Shown here: positions 47,401 to 62,400 of the stretch, one piece after another
Numbering within the stretch: position 1 is the stretch's first letter
How the letters are laid out: every line of letters begins with the position of its first letter
Source of the DNA: Tubulanus polymorphus
Taxonomy: Eukaryota > Animalia > Nemertea
Length of the DNA: 64,000 nucleotides
Assembly: GCF_964204645.1 (NCBI RefSeq)
Contig: NC_134027.1
Span: 16,762,360 to 16,826,359 of the forward strand
Direction: 5' to 3'
Notes under the pieces: model-generated
What the model saw: the letters and a program-made list of their open reading frames with translations, nothing else
Databases searched by the model: none
What the model was told of the DNA's origin: nothing
Position numbers and translations under genes: made by a program

Positions 47401-50400
47401 CTGAACGACGTTTTCGGGTCGAAAAGTGCTTTTCCTGACGATTTGAGCGCTTTTACGCATCGACATTGTCGTTTTTCCGATAGGGGGAATATTTGATACG
47501 AAAACGTCTTTTCTCGCGCTGAACGACGTTTTCGGGTCGAAAAGTGCTTTTCCTGACGATTTGAGCGCTTTTACGCATCGACATTGTCGTTTTTCCGATA
47601 CGGGGAATATTTGATACGAAAACGTCTTTTCTCGCGCTGAACGACGTTTTCTGGTCGAAAAGTGCTTTTCCTGACGATTTGAGCGCTTTTACGCATCGAC
47701 ATTGTCGTTTTTCCGATACGGGGAAAATGTGATGAGAAAACGTCTTTTCTCGCGCTGAACGACGTTTTCGGGTCGAAATGTGCTTTTCCTGACGATTTGA
47801 GCGCTTTTACGCATCGACATTGTCGTTTTTCCGATATGGGGAAAATGTGATGAGAAAACGTCTTTTCTCGCGCTGAACGACGTTTTCGGGTCGAAAAGTG
47901 CTTTTCCTGACGATTTGAGCGCTTTTACGCATCGACATTGTCGTTTTTCCGATAGGGGGAATATTTGATACGAAAACGTCTTTTCTCGCGCTGAACGACG
48001 TTTTCGGGTCGAAAAGTGCTTTTCCTGACGATTTGAGCGCTTTTACGCATCGACATTGTCGTTTTTCCGATAGGGGGAAAATGTGATGAGAAAACGTCTT
48101 TTCTCGCGCTGAACGACGTTTTCGGGTCGAAAAGTGCTTTTCCATACGATTTGAGCGCTTTTAAGCATCGACATTGTCGTTTTTCCGATAGGGGGAATAT
48201 TTGATACGAAAACGTCTTTTCTCGCGCTGAACGACGTTTTCGGGTCGAAAAGTGCTTTTCCTGACGATTTGAGCGCTTTTACGCATCGACATTGTCGTTT
48301 TTCCGATAGGGGGAATATTTGATACGAAAACTTCTTTTCTCGCGCTGAACGACGTTTTCGGGTCGAAAAGTGCTTTTCCTGACGATTTGAGCGCTTTTAC
48401 GCATCGACATTGTCGTTTTTCCGATAGGGGGAATATTTGATACGAAAACGTCTTTTCTCGCGCTGAACGACGTTTTCGGGTCGAAAAGTGCTTTTCCTGA
48501 CGATTTGAGCGCTTTTACGCATCGACATTGTCGTTTATCCGATACGGGGAGAATGTGATGAGAAAACGTCTTTTCTCGCGCTGAACGACGTTTTCGCGAC
48601 GAAAAGTGCTTTTCCTGACGATTTGAGCGCTTTTACGCATCGACATTGTCGTTTTTCCGATAGGGGGAATATTTGATACGAAAACGTCTTTTCTCGCGCT
48701 GAACGACGTTTTCGGGTCGAAAAGTGCTTTTCCTGACGATTTGAGCGCTTTTACGCATCGACATTGTCGTTTTTCCGATAGGGGGAAAATGTGATGAGAA
48801 AACGTCTTTTCTCGCGCTGAACGACGTTTTCGGGTCGAAATGTGCTTTTCCTGACGATTTGACCGCTTTTACGCATCGACATTGTCGTTTTTCCGATACG
48901 GGGAAAATGTGATGAGAAAACGTCTTTTCTCGCGCTGAACGACGTTTTCGGATCGAAAAGTGCTTTTCCTGACGATTTGAGCGCTTTTACGCATCGACAT
49001 TGTCGTTTTTCCGATAGGGGGAATATTTGATACGAAAACGTCTTTTCTCGCGCTGAACGAAGTTTTCGGGTCGAAAAGTGCTTTTCCTGACGATTTGAGC
49101 GCTTTTACGCATCGACATTGTCGTTTTTCCGATACGGGGAATATTTGATACGAAAACGTCTTTTCTCGCGCTGAACGACGTTTTCGGGTCGAAATGTGCT
49201 TTTCCTGACGATTTGAGCGCTTTTACGCATCGACATTGTCGTTTTTCCGATAGGGGGAATATTTGATACGAAAACGTCTTTTCTCGCGCTGAACGACGTT
49301 TTCGGGTCGAAAAGTGCTTTTCCTGACGATTTGAGCGCTTTTACGCATCGACATTGTCGTTTTTCCGATAGGGGGAATATTTGATACGAAAACGTCTTTT
49401 CTCGCGCTGAACGACGTTTTCGGAGCGAAAAGTGCATTTCCTGACGATTTGAGCGCTTTTACGCATCGACATTGTCGTTTTTCCGATAGGGGGAATATTT
49501 GATACGAAAACGTCTTTTCTCGCGCTGAACGACGTTTTCGCGACGAAAAGTGCTTTTCCTGACGATTTGAGCGCTTTTACGCATCGACATTGTCGTTTTT
49601 CCGATAGGGGGAATATTTGATACGAAAACGTCTTTTCTCGCGCTGAACGACGTTTTCGGGTCGAAAAGTGCTTTTCCTGACGATTTGAGCGCTTTTACGC
49701 ATCGACATTGTCGTTTTTTCGATAGGGGGAAAATGTGATGAGAAAACGTCTTTTCTCGCGCTGAACGACGTTTTCGGGTCGAAATGTGCTTTTCCTGACG
49801 ATTTGACCGCTTTTACGCATCGACATTGTCGTTTTTACGATACGGGGAAAATGTGATGAGAAAACGTCTTTTCTCGCGCTGAACGACGTTTTCGGATCGA
49901 AAAGTGCTTTTCCTGACGATTTGAGCGCTTTTACGCATCGACATTGTCGTTTTTCCGATAGGGGGAATATTTGATACGAAAACGTCTTTTCTCGCGCTGA
50001 ACGAAGTTATCGGGTCGAAAAGTGCTTTTCCTGACGATTTGAGCGCTTTTACGCATCGACATTGTCGTTTTTCCGATACGGGGAATATTTGATACGAAAA
50101 CGTCTTTTCTCGCGCTGAACGACGTTTTCGGGTCGAAATGTGCTTTTCCTGACGATTTGAGCGCTTTTACGCATCGACATTGTCGTTTTTCCGATAGGGG
50201 GAATATTTGATACGAAAACGTCTTTTCTCGCGCTGAACGACGTTTTCGGGTCGAAAAGTGCTTTTCCTGACGATTTGAGCGCTTTTACGCATCGACATTG
50301 TCGTTTTTCCGATAGGGGGAATATTTGATACGAAAACGTCTTTTCTCGCGCTGTACGACGTTTTCGGAGCGAAAAGTGCTTTTCCTGACGATTTGAGCGC

Positions 50401-53400
50401 TTTTACGCATCGACATTGTCGTTTTTCCGATAGGGGGAATATTTGATACGAAAACGTCTTTTCTCGCGCTGAACGACGTTTTCGGGTCGAAAAGTGCTTT
50501 TCCTGACGATTTGAGCGCTTTTACGCATCGACATTGTCGTTTTTCCGATAGGGGGAAAATGTGATGAGAAAACGCCTTTTCTCGCGCTGAACGACGTTTT
50601 CGGGTCGAAAAGTGCTTTTCCTGACGATTTGAGCGCTTTTACGCATCGACATTGTCGTTTTTCCGATACGGGGAATATTTGATACGAAAACGTCTTTTCT
50701 CGCGCTGAACGACGTTTTCGCGACGAAAAGTGCTTTTCCTGACGATTTGAGCGCTTTTACGCATCGACATTGTCGTTTTTCCGATAGGGGGAATATTTGA
50801 TACGAAAACGTCTTTTCTCGCGCTGAACGACGTTTTCGGGTCGAAAAGTGCTTTTCCTGACGATTTGAGCGCTTTTACGCATCGACATTGTCGTTTTTCC
50901 GATAGGGGGAATATTTGATACGAAAACGTCTTTTCTCGCGCTGAACGACGTTTTCGGGTCGAAAAGTGCTTTTCCTGACGATTTGAGCGCTTTTACGCAT
51001 CGACATTGTCGTTTTTCCGATAGAGGGAATATTCGATACGAAAACGTCTTTTCTCGCGCTGAACGACGTTTTCGGGTCGAAAAGTGCTTTTCCTGACGAT
51101 TTGAGCGCTTTTACGCATCTACATTGTCGTTTTTCTGATAGGGGGAATATTTGATACGTAAACGTCTTTTCTCGCGCTGAACGACGTTTTCGGGTCGAAA
51201 AGTGCTTTTCCTGACGATTTGAGCGCTTTTACGCATCGACATTGTCGTTTTTCCGATAGGGGAAATATTTGATACGAAAACGTCTTTTCTCGCGCTGAAC
51301 GACGTTTTCGGAGCGAAAAGTGCTTTTCCTGACGATTTGAGCGCTTTTACGCATCGACATTGTCGTTTTTCCGATAGGGGGAATATTTGATACGAAAACG
51401 TCTTTTCTCGCGCTGAACGACGTTTTCGGGTCGAAAAGTGCTTTTCCTGACGATTTGAGCGCTTTTACGCATCGACATTGTCGTTTTTCCGATAGGGGGA
51501 ATATTTGATACGGAAAACGTCTTTTCTCGCGCTGAACGACGTTTTCGGGTCGAAAAGTGCTTTTCCTGACGATTTGAGCGCTTTTACGCATCTACATTGT
51601 CGTTTTTCCGATAGGGGGAATATTTGATACGAAAACGTCTTTTCTCGCGCTGAACGACGTTTTCGGGTCGAAAAGTGCTTGCGCTTTTACGCATCGACAT
51701 TGTCGTTTTTCCGATAGGGGGAATATTTCATACGAAACCGTCTTTTCTCGCGCTGAACGACGTTTTCGGGTCGAAAAGTGCTTTTCCTGACGATTTGAGC
51801 GCTTTTACGCATCGACATTGTCGTTTTTCCGATACGGGGAAAATGTGATGAGAAAACGTCTTTTCTCGCGCTGAACGACGTTTTCGGGTCGAAAAGTGCT
51901 TTTCCTGACGATTTGAGCGCTTTTACGCATCGACATTGTCGTTTTTCCGATAGGGGGAATATTTGATACGAAAACGTCTTTTCACGCGCTGAACGACGTT
52001 TTCGGGTCGAAAAGAGCTTTTCCTGACGATTTGAGCGCTTTTACGCATCGACATTGTCGTTTTTCCGATAGGGGGAATATTTCATACGAAACCGTCTTTT
52101 CTCGCGCTGAACGACGTTTTCGGAGCGAAAAGTGCTTTTCCTGACGATTTGAGCGCTTTTACGCATCGACATTGTCGTTTATCCGATAGGGGGAATATTT
52201 GATACGAAAACGTCTTTTCTCGCGCTGAACGACGTTTTCGGAGCGAAAAGTGCTTTTCCTGACGATTTGAGCGCTTTTACGCATCGACATTGTCGTTTTT
52301 CCGATAGGGGGAATATTTGATACGAAAACGTCTTTACTCGCGCTGAACGACGTTTTCGGGTCGAAAAGTGCTTTTCCTGACGATTTGAGCGCTTTTACGC
52401 ATCGACATTGTCGTTTTTCCGATAGGGGGAAAATGTCATGAGAAAACGTCTTTTCTCGCGCTGAACGACGTTTTCGGGTCGAAAAGTGCTTTTCCTGACG
52501 ATTTGAGCGCTTTTACGCATCGACATTGTCGTTTTTCCGATAGGGGGAATATTTGATACGAAAACGTCTTTTCTCGCGCTGAACGACGTTTTCGGGTCGA
52601 AAAGTGCTTTTCCTGACGATTTGAGCGCTTTTACGCATCGACATTGTCGTTTTTCCGATAGGGGGAAAATGTGATGAGAAAACGTCTTTTCTCGCGCTGA
52701 ACGACGTTTTCGGGTCGAAAAGTGCTTTTCCATACGATTTGAGCGCTTTTAAGCATCGACATTGTCGTTTTTCCGATACGGGGAATATTTGATACGAAAA
52801 CGTCTTTTCTCGCGCTGAACGACGTTTTCGGGTCGAAAAGTGCTTTTCCTGACGATTTGAGCGCTTTTACGCATCGACATTGTCGTTTTTCCGATAGGGG
52901 GAATATTTGATACGAAAACTTCTTTTCTCGCGCTGAACGACGTTTTCGGGTCGAAAAGTGCTTTTCCTGACGATTTGAGCGCTTTTACGCATCGACATTG
53001 TCGTTTTTCCGATAGGGGGAATATTTGATACGAAAACGTCTTTTCTCGCGCTGAACGACGTTTTCGGGTCGAAAAGTGCTTTTCCTGACGATTTGAGCGC
53101 TTTTACGCATCGACATTGTCGTTTATCCGATACGGGGAGAATGTGATGAGAAAACGTCTTTTCTCGCGCTGAACGACGTTTTCGCGACGAAAAGTGCTTT
53201 TCCTGACGATTTGAGCGCTTTTACGCATCGACATTGTCGTTTTTCCGATAGGGGGAATATTTGATACGAAACGTCTTTTCTCGCGCTGAACGACGTTTTC
53301 GGGTCGAAAAGTGCTTTTCCTGACGATTTGAGCGCTTTTACGCATCGACATTGTCGTTTTTCCGATAGGAGTTATATTTCATACGAAAACGTCTTTTCTC

Positions 53401-56400
53401 GCGCTGAACGACGTTTTCGCGTCGAAAAGTGTTTTTCCTGACGATTTGAGCGCTTTTACACATCGACATTGTCGTTTTTCCGATAGGGGGAATATTCGAT
53501 ACGAAAACGTCTTTTCTCGCGCTGAACGACGTTTTCGCGTCGAAAAGTGCTTTTCCTGACGATTTGAGCGCTTTTACGCATCGACATTGTTGTTTTTCCG
53601 ATTGGGGGAATATTTGATACGAAAACGTCTTTTCTCGCGCTGAACGACGTTTTCGCGTCGAAAAGTGCTTTTCCTGACGATTTGAGAGTTTTTACGCATC
53701 GACATTGTCGTTTTTCCGATAGGGGGGATATTCGATACGAAAACGTCTTTTCTCGCGCTGAACGACGTTTTCGCGCCGAAAAGTGCTTTTCCTGACGATT
53801 TGAGAGTTTTTACGCATCGACATTGTCGTTTTTCAGATAGGGGGAATATTTCATACGAAAACGTCATTTCTCGCGCTGAACGACGTTTTCGGGTCGAAAA
53901 GTGCTTTTCCTGACGATTTGAGCGCTTTTACGCATCGACATTGTCGTTTTTCCGATAGAGGGAATATTCGATACGAAAACGTCTTTTCTCGCGCTGAACG
54001 ACGTTTTCGGGTCGAAAAGTGCTTTTCCTGACGATTTGAGCGCTTTTACGCATCGACATTGTCGTTTTTCCGATAGGGGGAAAATGTGATGAGAAAACGT
54101 CTTTTCTCGCGCTGAACGACGTTTTCGGGTCGAAATGTGCTTTTCCTGGCGATTTGAGCGCTTTTACGCATCGACATTGTCGTTTTTCCGATACGGGGAA
54201 AATGTGATGAGAAAACGTCTTTTCTCGCGCTGAACGACGTTTTCGGGTCGAAAAGTGCTTTTCCTGACGATTTGAGCGCTTTTACGCATCGACATTGTCG
54301 TTTTTCCGATAGGGGGAATATTTGATACGAAAACGTCTTTTCTCGCGCTGAACGACGTTTTCGGGTCGAAAAGTGCTTTTCCTGACGATTTGAGCGCTTT
54401 TACGCATCGACATTGTCGTTTTTCCGATACGGGGAATATTTGATACGAAAACGTCTTTTCTCGCGCTGAACGACGTTTTCTGGTCGAAAAGTGCTTTTCC
54501 TGACGATTTGAGCGCTTTTACGCATCGACATTGTCGTTTTTCCGATACGGGGAAAATGTGATGAGAAAACGTCTTTTCTCGCGCTGAACGACGTTTTCGG
54601 GTCGAAATGTGCTTTTCCTGACGATTTGAGCGCTTTTACGCATCGACATTGTCGTTTTTCCGATATGGGGAAAATGTGATGAGAAAACGTCTTTTCTCGC
54701 GCTGAACGACGTTTTCGGGTCGAAAAGTGCTTTTCCTGACGATTTGAGCGCTTTTACGCATCGACATTGTCGTTTTTCCGATAGGGGGAATATTTGATAC
54801 GAAAACGTCTTTTCTCGCGCTGAACGACGTTTTCGGGTCGAAAAGTGCTTTTCCTGACGATTTGAGCGCTTTTACGCATCGACATTGTCGTTTTTCCGAT
54901 AGGGGGAAAATGTGATGAGAAAACGTCTTTTCTCGCGCTGAACGACGTTTTCGGGTCGAAAAGTGCTTTTCCATACGATTTGAGCGCTTTTAAGCATCGA
55001 CATTGTCGTTTTTCCGATAGGGGGAATATTTGATACGAAAACGTCTTTTCTCGCGCTGAACGACGTTTTCGGGTCGAAAAGTGCTTTTCCTGACGATTTG
55101 AGCGCTTTTACGCATCGACATTGTCGTTTTTCCGATAGGGGGAATATTTGATACGAAAACTTCTTTTCTCGCGCTGAACGACGTTTTCGGGTCGAAAAGT
55201 GCTTTTCCTGACGATTTGAGCGCTTTTACGCATCGACATTGTCGTTTTTCCGATAGGGGGAATATTTGATACGAAAACGTCTTTTCTCGCGCTGAACGAC
55301 GTTTTCGGGTCGAAAAGTGCTTTTCCTGACGATTTGAGCGCTTTTACGCATCGACATTGTCGTTTATCCGATACGGGGAGAATGTGATGAGAAAACGTCT
55401 TTTCTCGCGCTGAACGACGTTTTCGCGACGAAAAGTGCTTTTCCTGACGATTTGAGCGCTTTTACGCATCGACATTGTCGTTTTTCCGATAGGGGGAATA
55501 TTTGATACGAAAACGTCTTTTCTCGCGCTGAACGACGTTTTCGGGTCGAAAAGTGCTTTTCCTGACGATTTGAGCGCTTTTACGCATCGACATTGTCGTT
55601 TTTCCGATAGGGGGAAAATGTGATGAGAAAACGTCTTTTCTCGCGCTGAACGACGTTTTCGGGTCGAAATGTGCTTTTCCTGACGATTTGACCGCTTTTT
55701 ACGCATCGACATTGTCGTTTTTCCGATACGGGGAAAATGTGATGAGAAAACGTCTTTTCTCGCGCTGAACGACGTTTTCGGATCGAAAAGTGCTTTTCCT
55801 GACGATTTGAGCGCTTTTACGCATCGACATTGTCGTTTTTCCGATAGGGGGAATATTTGATACGAAAACGTCTTTTCTCGCGCTGAACGAAGTTTTCGGG
55901 TCGAAAAGTGCTTTTCCTGACGATTTGAGCGCTTTTACGCATCGACATTGTCGTTTTTCCGATACGGGGAATATTTGATACGAAAACGTCTTTTCTCGCG
56001 CTGAACGACGTTTTCGGGTCGAAATGTGCTTTTCCTGACGATTTGAGCGCTTTTACGCATCGACATTGTCGTTTTTCCGATAGGGGGAATATTTGATACG
56101 AAAACGTCTTTTCTCGCGCTGAACGACGTTTTCGGGTCGAAAAGTGCTTTTCCTGACGATTTGAGCGCTTTTACGCATCGACATTGTCGTTTTTCCGATA
56201 GGGGGAATATTTGATACGAAAACGTCTTTTCTCGCGCTGAACGACGTTTTCGGAGCGAAAAGTGCATTTCCTGACGATTTGAGCGCTTTTACGCATCGAC
56301 ATTGTCGTTTTTCCGATAGGGGGAATATTTGATACGAAAACGTCTTTTCTCGCGCTGAACGACGTTTTCGCGACGAAAAGTGCTTTTCCTGACGATTTGA

Positions 56401-59400
56401 GCGCTTTTACGCATCGACATTGTCGTTTTTCCGATAGGGGGAATATTTGATACGAAAACGTCTTTTCTCGCGCTGAACGACGTTTTCGGGTCGAAAAGTG
56501 CTTTTCCTGACGATTTGAGCGCTTTTACGCATCGACATTGTCGTTTTTTCGATAGGGGGAAAATGTGATGAGAAAACGTCTTTTCTCGCGCTGAACGACG
56601 TTTTCGGGTCGAAATGTGCTTTTCCTGACGATTTGACCGCTTTTACGCATCGACATTGTCGTTTTTACGATACGGGGAAAATGTGATGAGAAAACGTCTT
56701 TTCTCGCGCTGAACGACGTTTTCGGATCGAAAAGTGCTTTTCCTGACGATTTGAGCGCTTTTACGCATCGACATTGTCGTTTTTCCGATAGGGGGAATAT
56801 TTGATACGAAAACGTCTTTTCTCGCGCTGAACGAAGTTATCGGGTCGAAAAGTGCTTTTCCTGACGATTTGAGCGCTTTTACGCATCGACATTGTCGTTT
56901 TTCCGATACGGGGAATATTTGATACGAAAACGTCTTTTCTCGCGCTGAACGACGTTTTCGGGTCGAAATGTGCTTTTCCTGACGATTTGAGCGCTTTTAC
57001 GCATCGACATTGTCGTTTTTCCGATAGGGGGAATATTTGATACGAAAACGTCTTTTCTCGCGCTGAACGACGTTTTCGGGTCGAAAAGTGCTTTTCCTGA
57101 CGATTTGAGCGCTTTTACGCATCGACATTGTCGTTTTTCCGATAGGGGGAATATTTGATACGAAACGTCTTTTCTCGCGCTGTACGACGTTTTCGGAGCG
57201 AAAAGTGCTTTTCCTGACGATTTGAGCGCTTTTACGCATCGACATTGTCGTTTTTCCGATAGGGGGAATATTTGATACGAAAACGTCTTTTCTCGCGCTG
57301 AACGACGTTTTCGGGTCGAAAAGTGCTTTTCCTGACGATTTGAGCGCTTTTACGCATCGACATTGTCGTTTTTCCGATAGGGGGAAAATGTGATGAGAAA
57401 ACGCCTTTTCTCGCGCTGAACGACGTTTTCGGGTCGAAAAGTGCTTTTCCTGACGATTTGAGCGCTTTTACGCATCGACATTGTCGTTTTTCCGATACGG
57501 GGAATATTTGATACGAAAACGTCTTTTCTCGCGCTGAACGACGTTTTCGCGACGAAAAGTGCTTTTCCTGACGATTTGAGCGCTTTTACGCATCGACATT
57601 GTCGTTTTTCCGATAGGGGGAATATTTGATACGAAAACGTCTTTTCTCGCGCTGAACGACGTTTTCGGGTCGAAAAGTGCTTTTCCTGACGATTTGAGCG
57701 CTTTTACGCATCGACATTGTCGTTTTTCCGATAGGGGGAATATTTGATACGAAAACGTCTTTTCTCGCGCTGAACGACGTTTTCGGGTCGAAAAGTGCTT
57801 TTCCTGACGATTTGAGCGCTTTTACGCATCGACATTGTCGTTTTTCCGATAGAGGGAATATTCGATACGAAAACGTCTTTTCTCGCGCTGAACGACGTTT
57901 TCGGGTCGAAAAGTGCTTTTCCTGACGATTTGAGCGCTTTTACGCATCTACATTGTCGTTTTTCTGATAGGGGGAATATTTGATACGTAAACGTCTTTTC
58001 TCGCGCTGAACGACGTTTTCGGGTCGAAAAGTGCTTTTCCTGACGATTTGAGCGCTTTTACGCATCGACATTGTCGTTTTTCCGATAGGGGAAATATTTG
58101 ATACGAAAACGTCTTTTCTCGCGCTGAACGACGTTTTCGGAGCGAAAAGTGCTTTTCCTGACGATTTGAGCGCTTTTACGCATCGACATTGTCGTTTTTC
58201 CGATAGGGGGAATATTTGATACGAAAACGTCTTTTCTCGCGCTGAACGACGTTTTCGGGTCGAAAAGTGCTTTTCCTGACGATTTGAGCGCTTTTACGCA
58301 TCGACATTGTCGTTTTTCCGATAGGGGGAATATTTGATACGGAAAACGTCTTTTCTCGCGCTGAACGACGTTTTCGGGTCGAAAAGTGCTTTTCCTGACG
58401 ATTTGAGCGCTTTTACGCATCTACATTGTCGTTTTTCCGATAGGGGGAATATTTGATACGAAAACGTCTTTTCTCGCGCTGAACGACGTTTTCGGGTCGA
58501 AAAGTGCTTGCGCTTTTACGCATCGACATTGTCGTTTTTCCGATAGGGGGAATATTTCATACGAAACCGTCTTTTCTCGCGCTGAACGACGTTTTCGGGT
58601 CGAAAAGTGCTTTTCCTGACGATTTGAGCGCTTTTACGCATCGACATTGTCGTTTTTCCGATACGGGGAAAATGTGATGAGAAAACGTCTTTTCTCGCGC
58701 TGAACGACGTTTTCGGGTCGAAAAGTGCTTTTCCTGACGATTTGAGCGCTTTTACGCATCGACATTGTCGTTTTTCCGATAGGGGGAATATTTGATACGA
58801 AAACGTCTTTTCACGCGCTGAACGACGTTTTCGGGTCGAAAAGAGCTTTTCCTGACGATTTGAGCGCTTTTACGCATCGACATTGTCGTTTTTCCGATAG
58901 GGGGAATATTTCATACGAAACCGTCTTTTCTCGCGCTGAACGACGTTTTCGGAGCGAAAAGTGCTTTTCCTGACGATTTGAGCGCTTTTACGCATCGACA
59001 TTGTCGTTTATCCGATAGGGGGAATATTTGATACGAAAACGTCTTTTCTCGCGCTGAACGACGTTTTCGGAGCGAAAAGTGCTTTTCCTGACGATTTGAG
59101 CGCTTTTACGCATCGACATTGTCGTTTTTCCGATAGGGGGAATATTTGATACGAAAACGTCTTTACTCGCGCTGAACGACGTTTTCGGGTCGAAAAGTGC
59201 TTTTCCTGACGATTTGAGCGCTTTTACGCATCGACATTGTCGTTTTTCCGATAGGGGGAAAATGTCATGAGAAAACGTCTTTTCTCGCGCTGAACGACGT
59301 TTTCGGGTCGAAAAGTGCTTTTCCTGACGATTTGAGCGCTTTTACGCATCGACATTGTCGTTTTTCCGATAGGGGGAATATTTGATACGAAAACGTCTTT

Positions 59401-62400
59401 TCTCGCGCTGAACGACGTTTTCGGGTCGAAAAGTGCTTTTCCTGACGATTTGAGCGCTTTTACGCATCGACATTGTCGTTTTTCCGATAGGGGGAATATT
59501 TGATACGAAAACGTCTTTTCTCGCGCTGAACGACGTTTTCGGGTCGAAAAGTGCTTTTCCTGACGATTTGAGCGCTTTTACGCATCGACATTGTCGTTTT
59601 TCCGATACGGGGAATATTTGATACGAAAACGTCTTTTCTCGCGCTGAACGACGTTTTCGGGTCGAAAAGTGCTTTTCCTGACGATTTGAGCGCTTTTACG
59701 CATCGACATTGTCGTTTTTCCGATACGGGGAAAATGTGATGAGAAAACGTCTTTTCTCGCGCTGAACGACGTTTTCGGGTCGAAATGTGCTTTTCCTGAC
59801 GATTTGAGCGCTTTTACGCATCGACATTGTCGTTTTTCCGATATGGGGAAAATGTGATGAGAAAACGTCTTTTCTCGCGCTGAACGACGTTTTCGGGTCG
59901 AAAAGTGCTTTTCCTGACGATTTGAGCGCTTTTACGCATCGACATTGTCGTTTTTCCGATAGGAGGAATATTTGATACGAAAACGTCTTTTCTCGCGCTG
60001 AACGACGTTTTCGGGTCGAAAAGTGCTTTTCCTGACGATTTGAGCGCTTTTACGCATCGACATTGTCGTTTTTCCGATAGGGGGAAAATGTGATGAGAAA
60101 ACGTCTTTTCTCGCGCTGAACGACGTTTTCGGGTCGAAATGTGCTTTTCCTGACGATTTGAGCGCTTTTACGCATCGACATTGTCGTTTTTCCGATAGGG
60201 GGAATATTTGATACGAAAACGTCTTTTCTCGCGCTGAACGACGTTTTCGGAGCGAAAAGTGCTTTTCCTGACGATTTGAGCGCTTTTACGCATCGACATT
60301 GTCGTTTTTCCGATAGGGGGAATATTTCATACGAAACCGTCTTTTCTCGCGCTGAACGACGTTTTCGGGTCGAAAAGTGCTTTTCCTGACGATTTGAGCG
60401 CTTTTACGCATCGACATTGTCGTTTTTCCGATACGGGGAAAATGTGATGAGAAAACGTCTTTTCTCGCGCTGAACGACGTTTTCGGGTCGAAAAGTGCTT
60501 TTCCATACGATTTGAGCGCTTTTAAGCATCGACATTGTCGTTTTTCCGATAGGGGGAATATTTGATACGAAAACGTCTTTTCTCGCGCTGAACGACGTTT
60601 TCGGGTCGAAAAGTGCTTTTCCTGACGATTTGAGCGCTTTTACGCATCGACATTGTCGTTTTTCCGATACGGGGAATATTTGATACGAAAACGTCTTTTC
60701 TCGCGCTGAACGACGTTTTCGGGTCGAAATGTGCTTTTCCTGACGATTTGAGCGCTTTTACGCATCGACATTGTCGTTTTTCCGATAGGGGGAATATTTG
60801 ATACGAAAACGTCTTTTCTCGCGCTGAACGACGTTTTCGGGTCGAAAAGTGCTTTTCCTGACGATTTGAGCGCTTTTACGCATCTACATTGTCGTTTTTC
60901 CGATAGGGGGAATATTTGATACGAAAACGTCTTTTCTCGCGCTGAACGACGTTTTCGGGTCGAAAAGTGCTTGCGCTTTTACGCATCGACATTGTCGTTT
61001 TTCCGATAGGGGGAATATTTCATACGAAACCGTCTTTTCTCGCGCTGAACGACGTTTTCGGGTCGAAAAGTGCTTTTCCTGACGATTTGAGCGCTTTTAC
61101 GCATCGACATTGTCGTTTTTCCGATACGGGGAAAATGTGATGAGAAAACGTCTTTTCTCGCGCTGAACGACGTTTTCGGGTCGAAAAGTGCTTTTCCTGA
61201 CGATTTGAGCGCTTTTACGCATCGACATTGTCGTTTTTCCGATAGGGGGAATATTTGATACGAAAACGTCTTTTCACGCGCTGAACGACGTTTTCGGGTC
61301 GAAAAGAGCTTTTCCTGACGATTTGAGCGCTTTTACGCATCGACATTGTCGTTTTTCCGATAGGGGGAATATTTGATACGAAAACGTCTTTTCTCGCGCT
61401 GAACGACGTTTTCGGGTCGAAAAGTGCTTTTCCTGACGATTTGAGCGCTTTTACGCATCGACATTGTCGTTTTTCCGATAGAGGGAATATTCGATACGAA
61501 AACGTCTTTTCTCGCGCTGAACGACGTTTTCGGGTCGAAAAGTGCTTTTCCTGACGATTTGAGCGCTTTTACGCATCTACATTGTCGTTTTTCTGATAGG
61601 GGGAATATTTGATACGTAAACGTCTTTTCTCGCGCTGAACGACGTTTTCGGGTCGAAAAGTGCTTTTCCTGACGATTTGAGCGCTTTTACGCATCGACAT
61701 TGTCGTTTTTCCGATAGGGGAAATATTTGATACGAAAACGTCTTTTCTCGCGCTGAACGACGTTTTCGGAGCGAAAAGTGCTTTTCCTGACGATTTGAGC
61801 GCTTTTACGCATCGACATTGTCGTTTTTCCGATAGGGGGAATATTTGATACGAAAACGTCTTTTCTCGCGCTGAACGACGTTTTCGGGTCGAAAAGTGCT
61901 TTTCCTGACGATTTGAGCGCTTTTACGCATCGACATTGTCGTTTTTCCGATAGGGGGAATATTTGATACGGAAAACGTCTTTTCTCGCGCTGAACGACGT
62001 TTTCGGGTCGAAAAGTGCTTTTCCTGACGATTTGAGCGCTTTTACGCATCTACATTGTCGTTTTTCCGATAGGGGGAATATTTGATACGAAAACGTCTTT
62101 TCTCGCGCTGAACGACGTTTTCGGGTCGAAAAGTGCTTGCGCTTTTACGCATCGACATTGTCGTTTTTCCGATAGGGGGAATATTTCATACGAAACCGTC
62201 TTTTCTCGCGCTGAACGACGTTTTCGGGTCGAAAAGTGCTTTTCCTGACGATTTGAGCGCTTTTACGCATCGACATTGTCGTTTTTCCGATACGGGGAAT
62301 ATGTGATGAGAAAACGTCTTTTCTCGCGCTGAACGACGTTTTCGGGTCGAAAAGTGCTTTTCCTGACGATTTGAGCGCTTTTACGCATCGACATTGTCGT

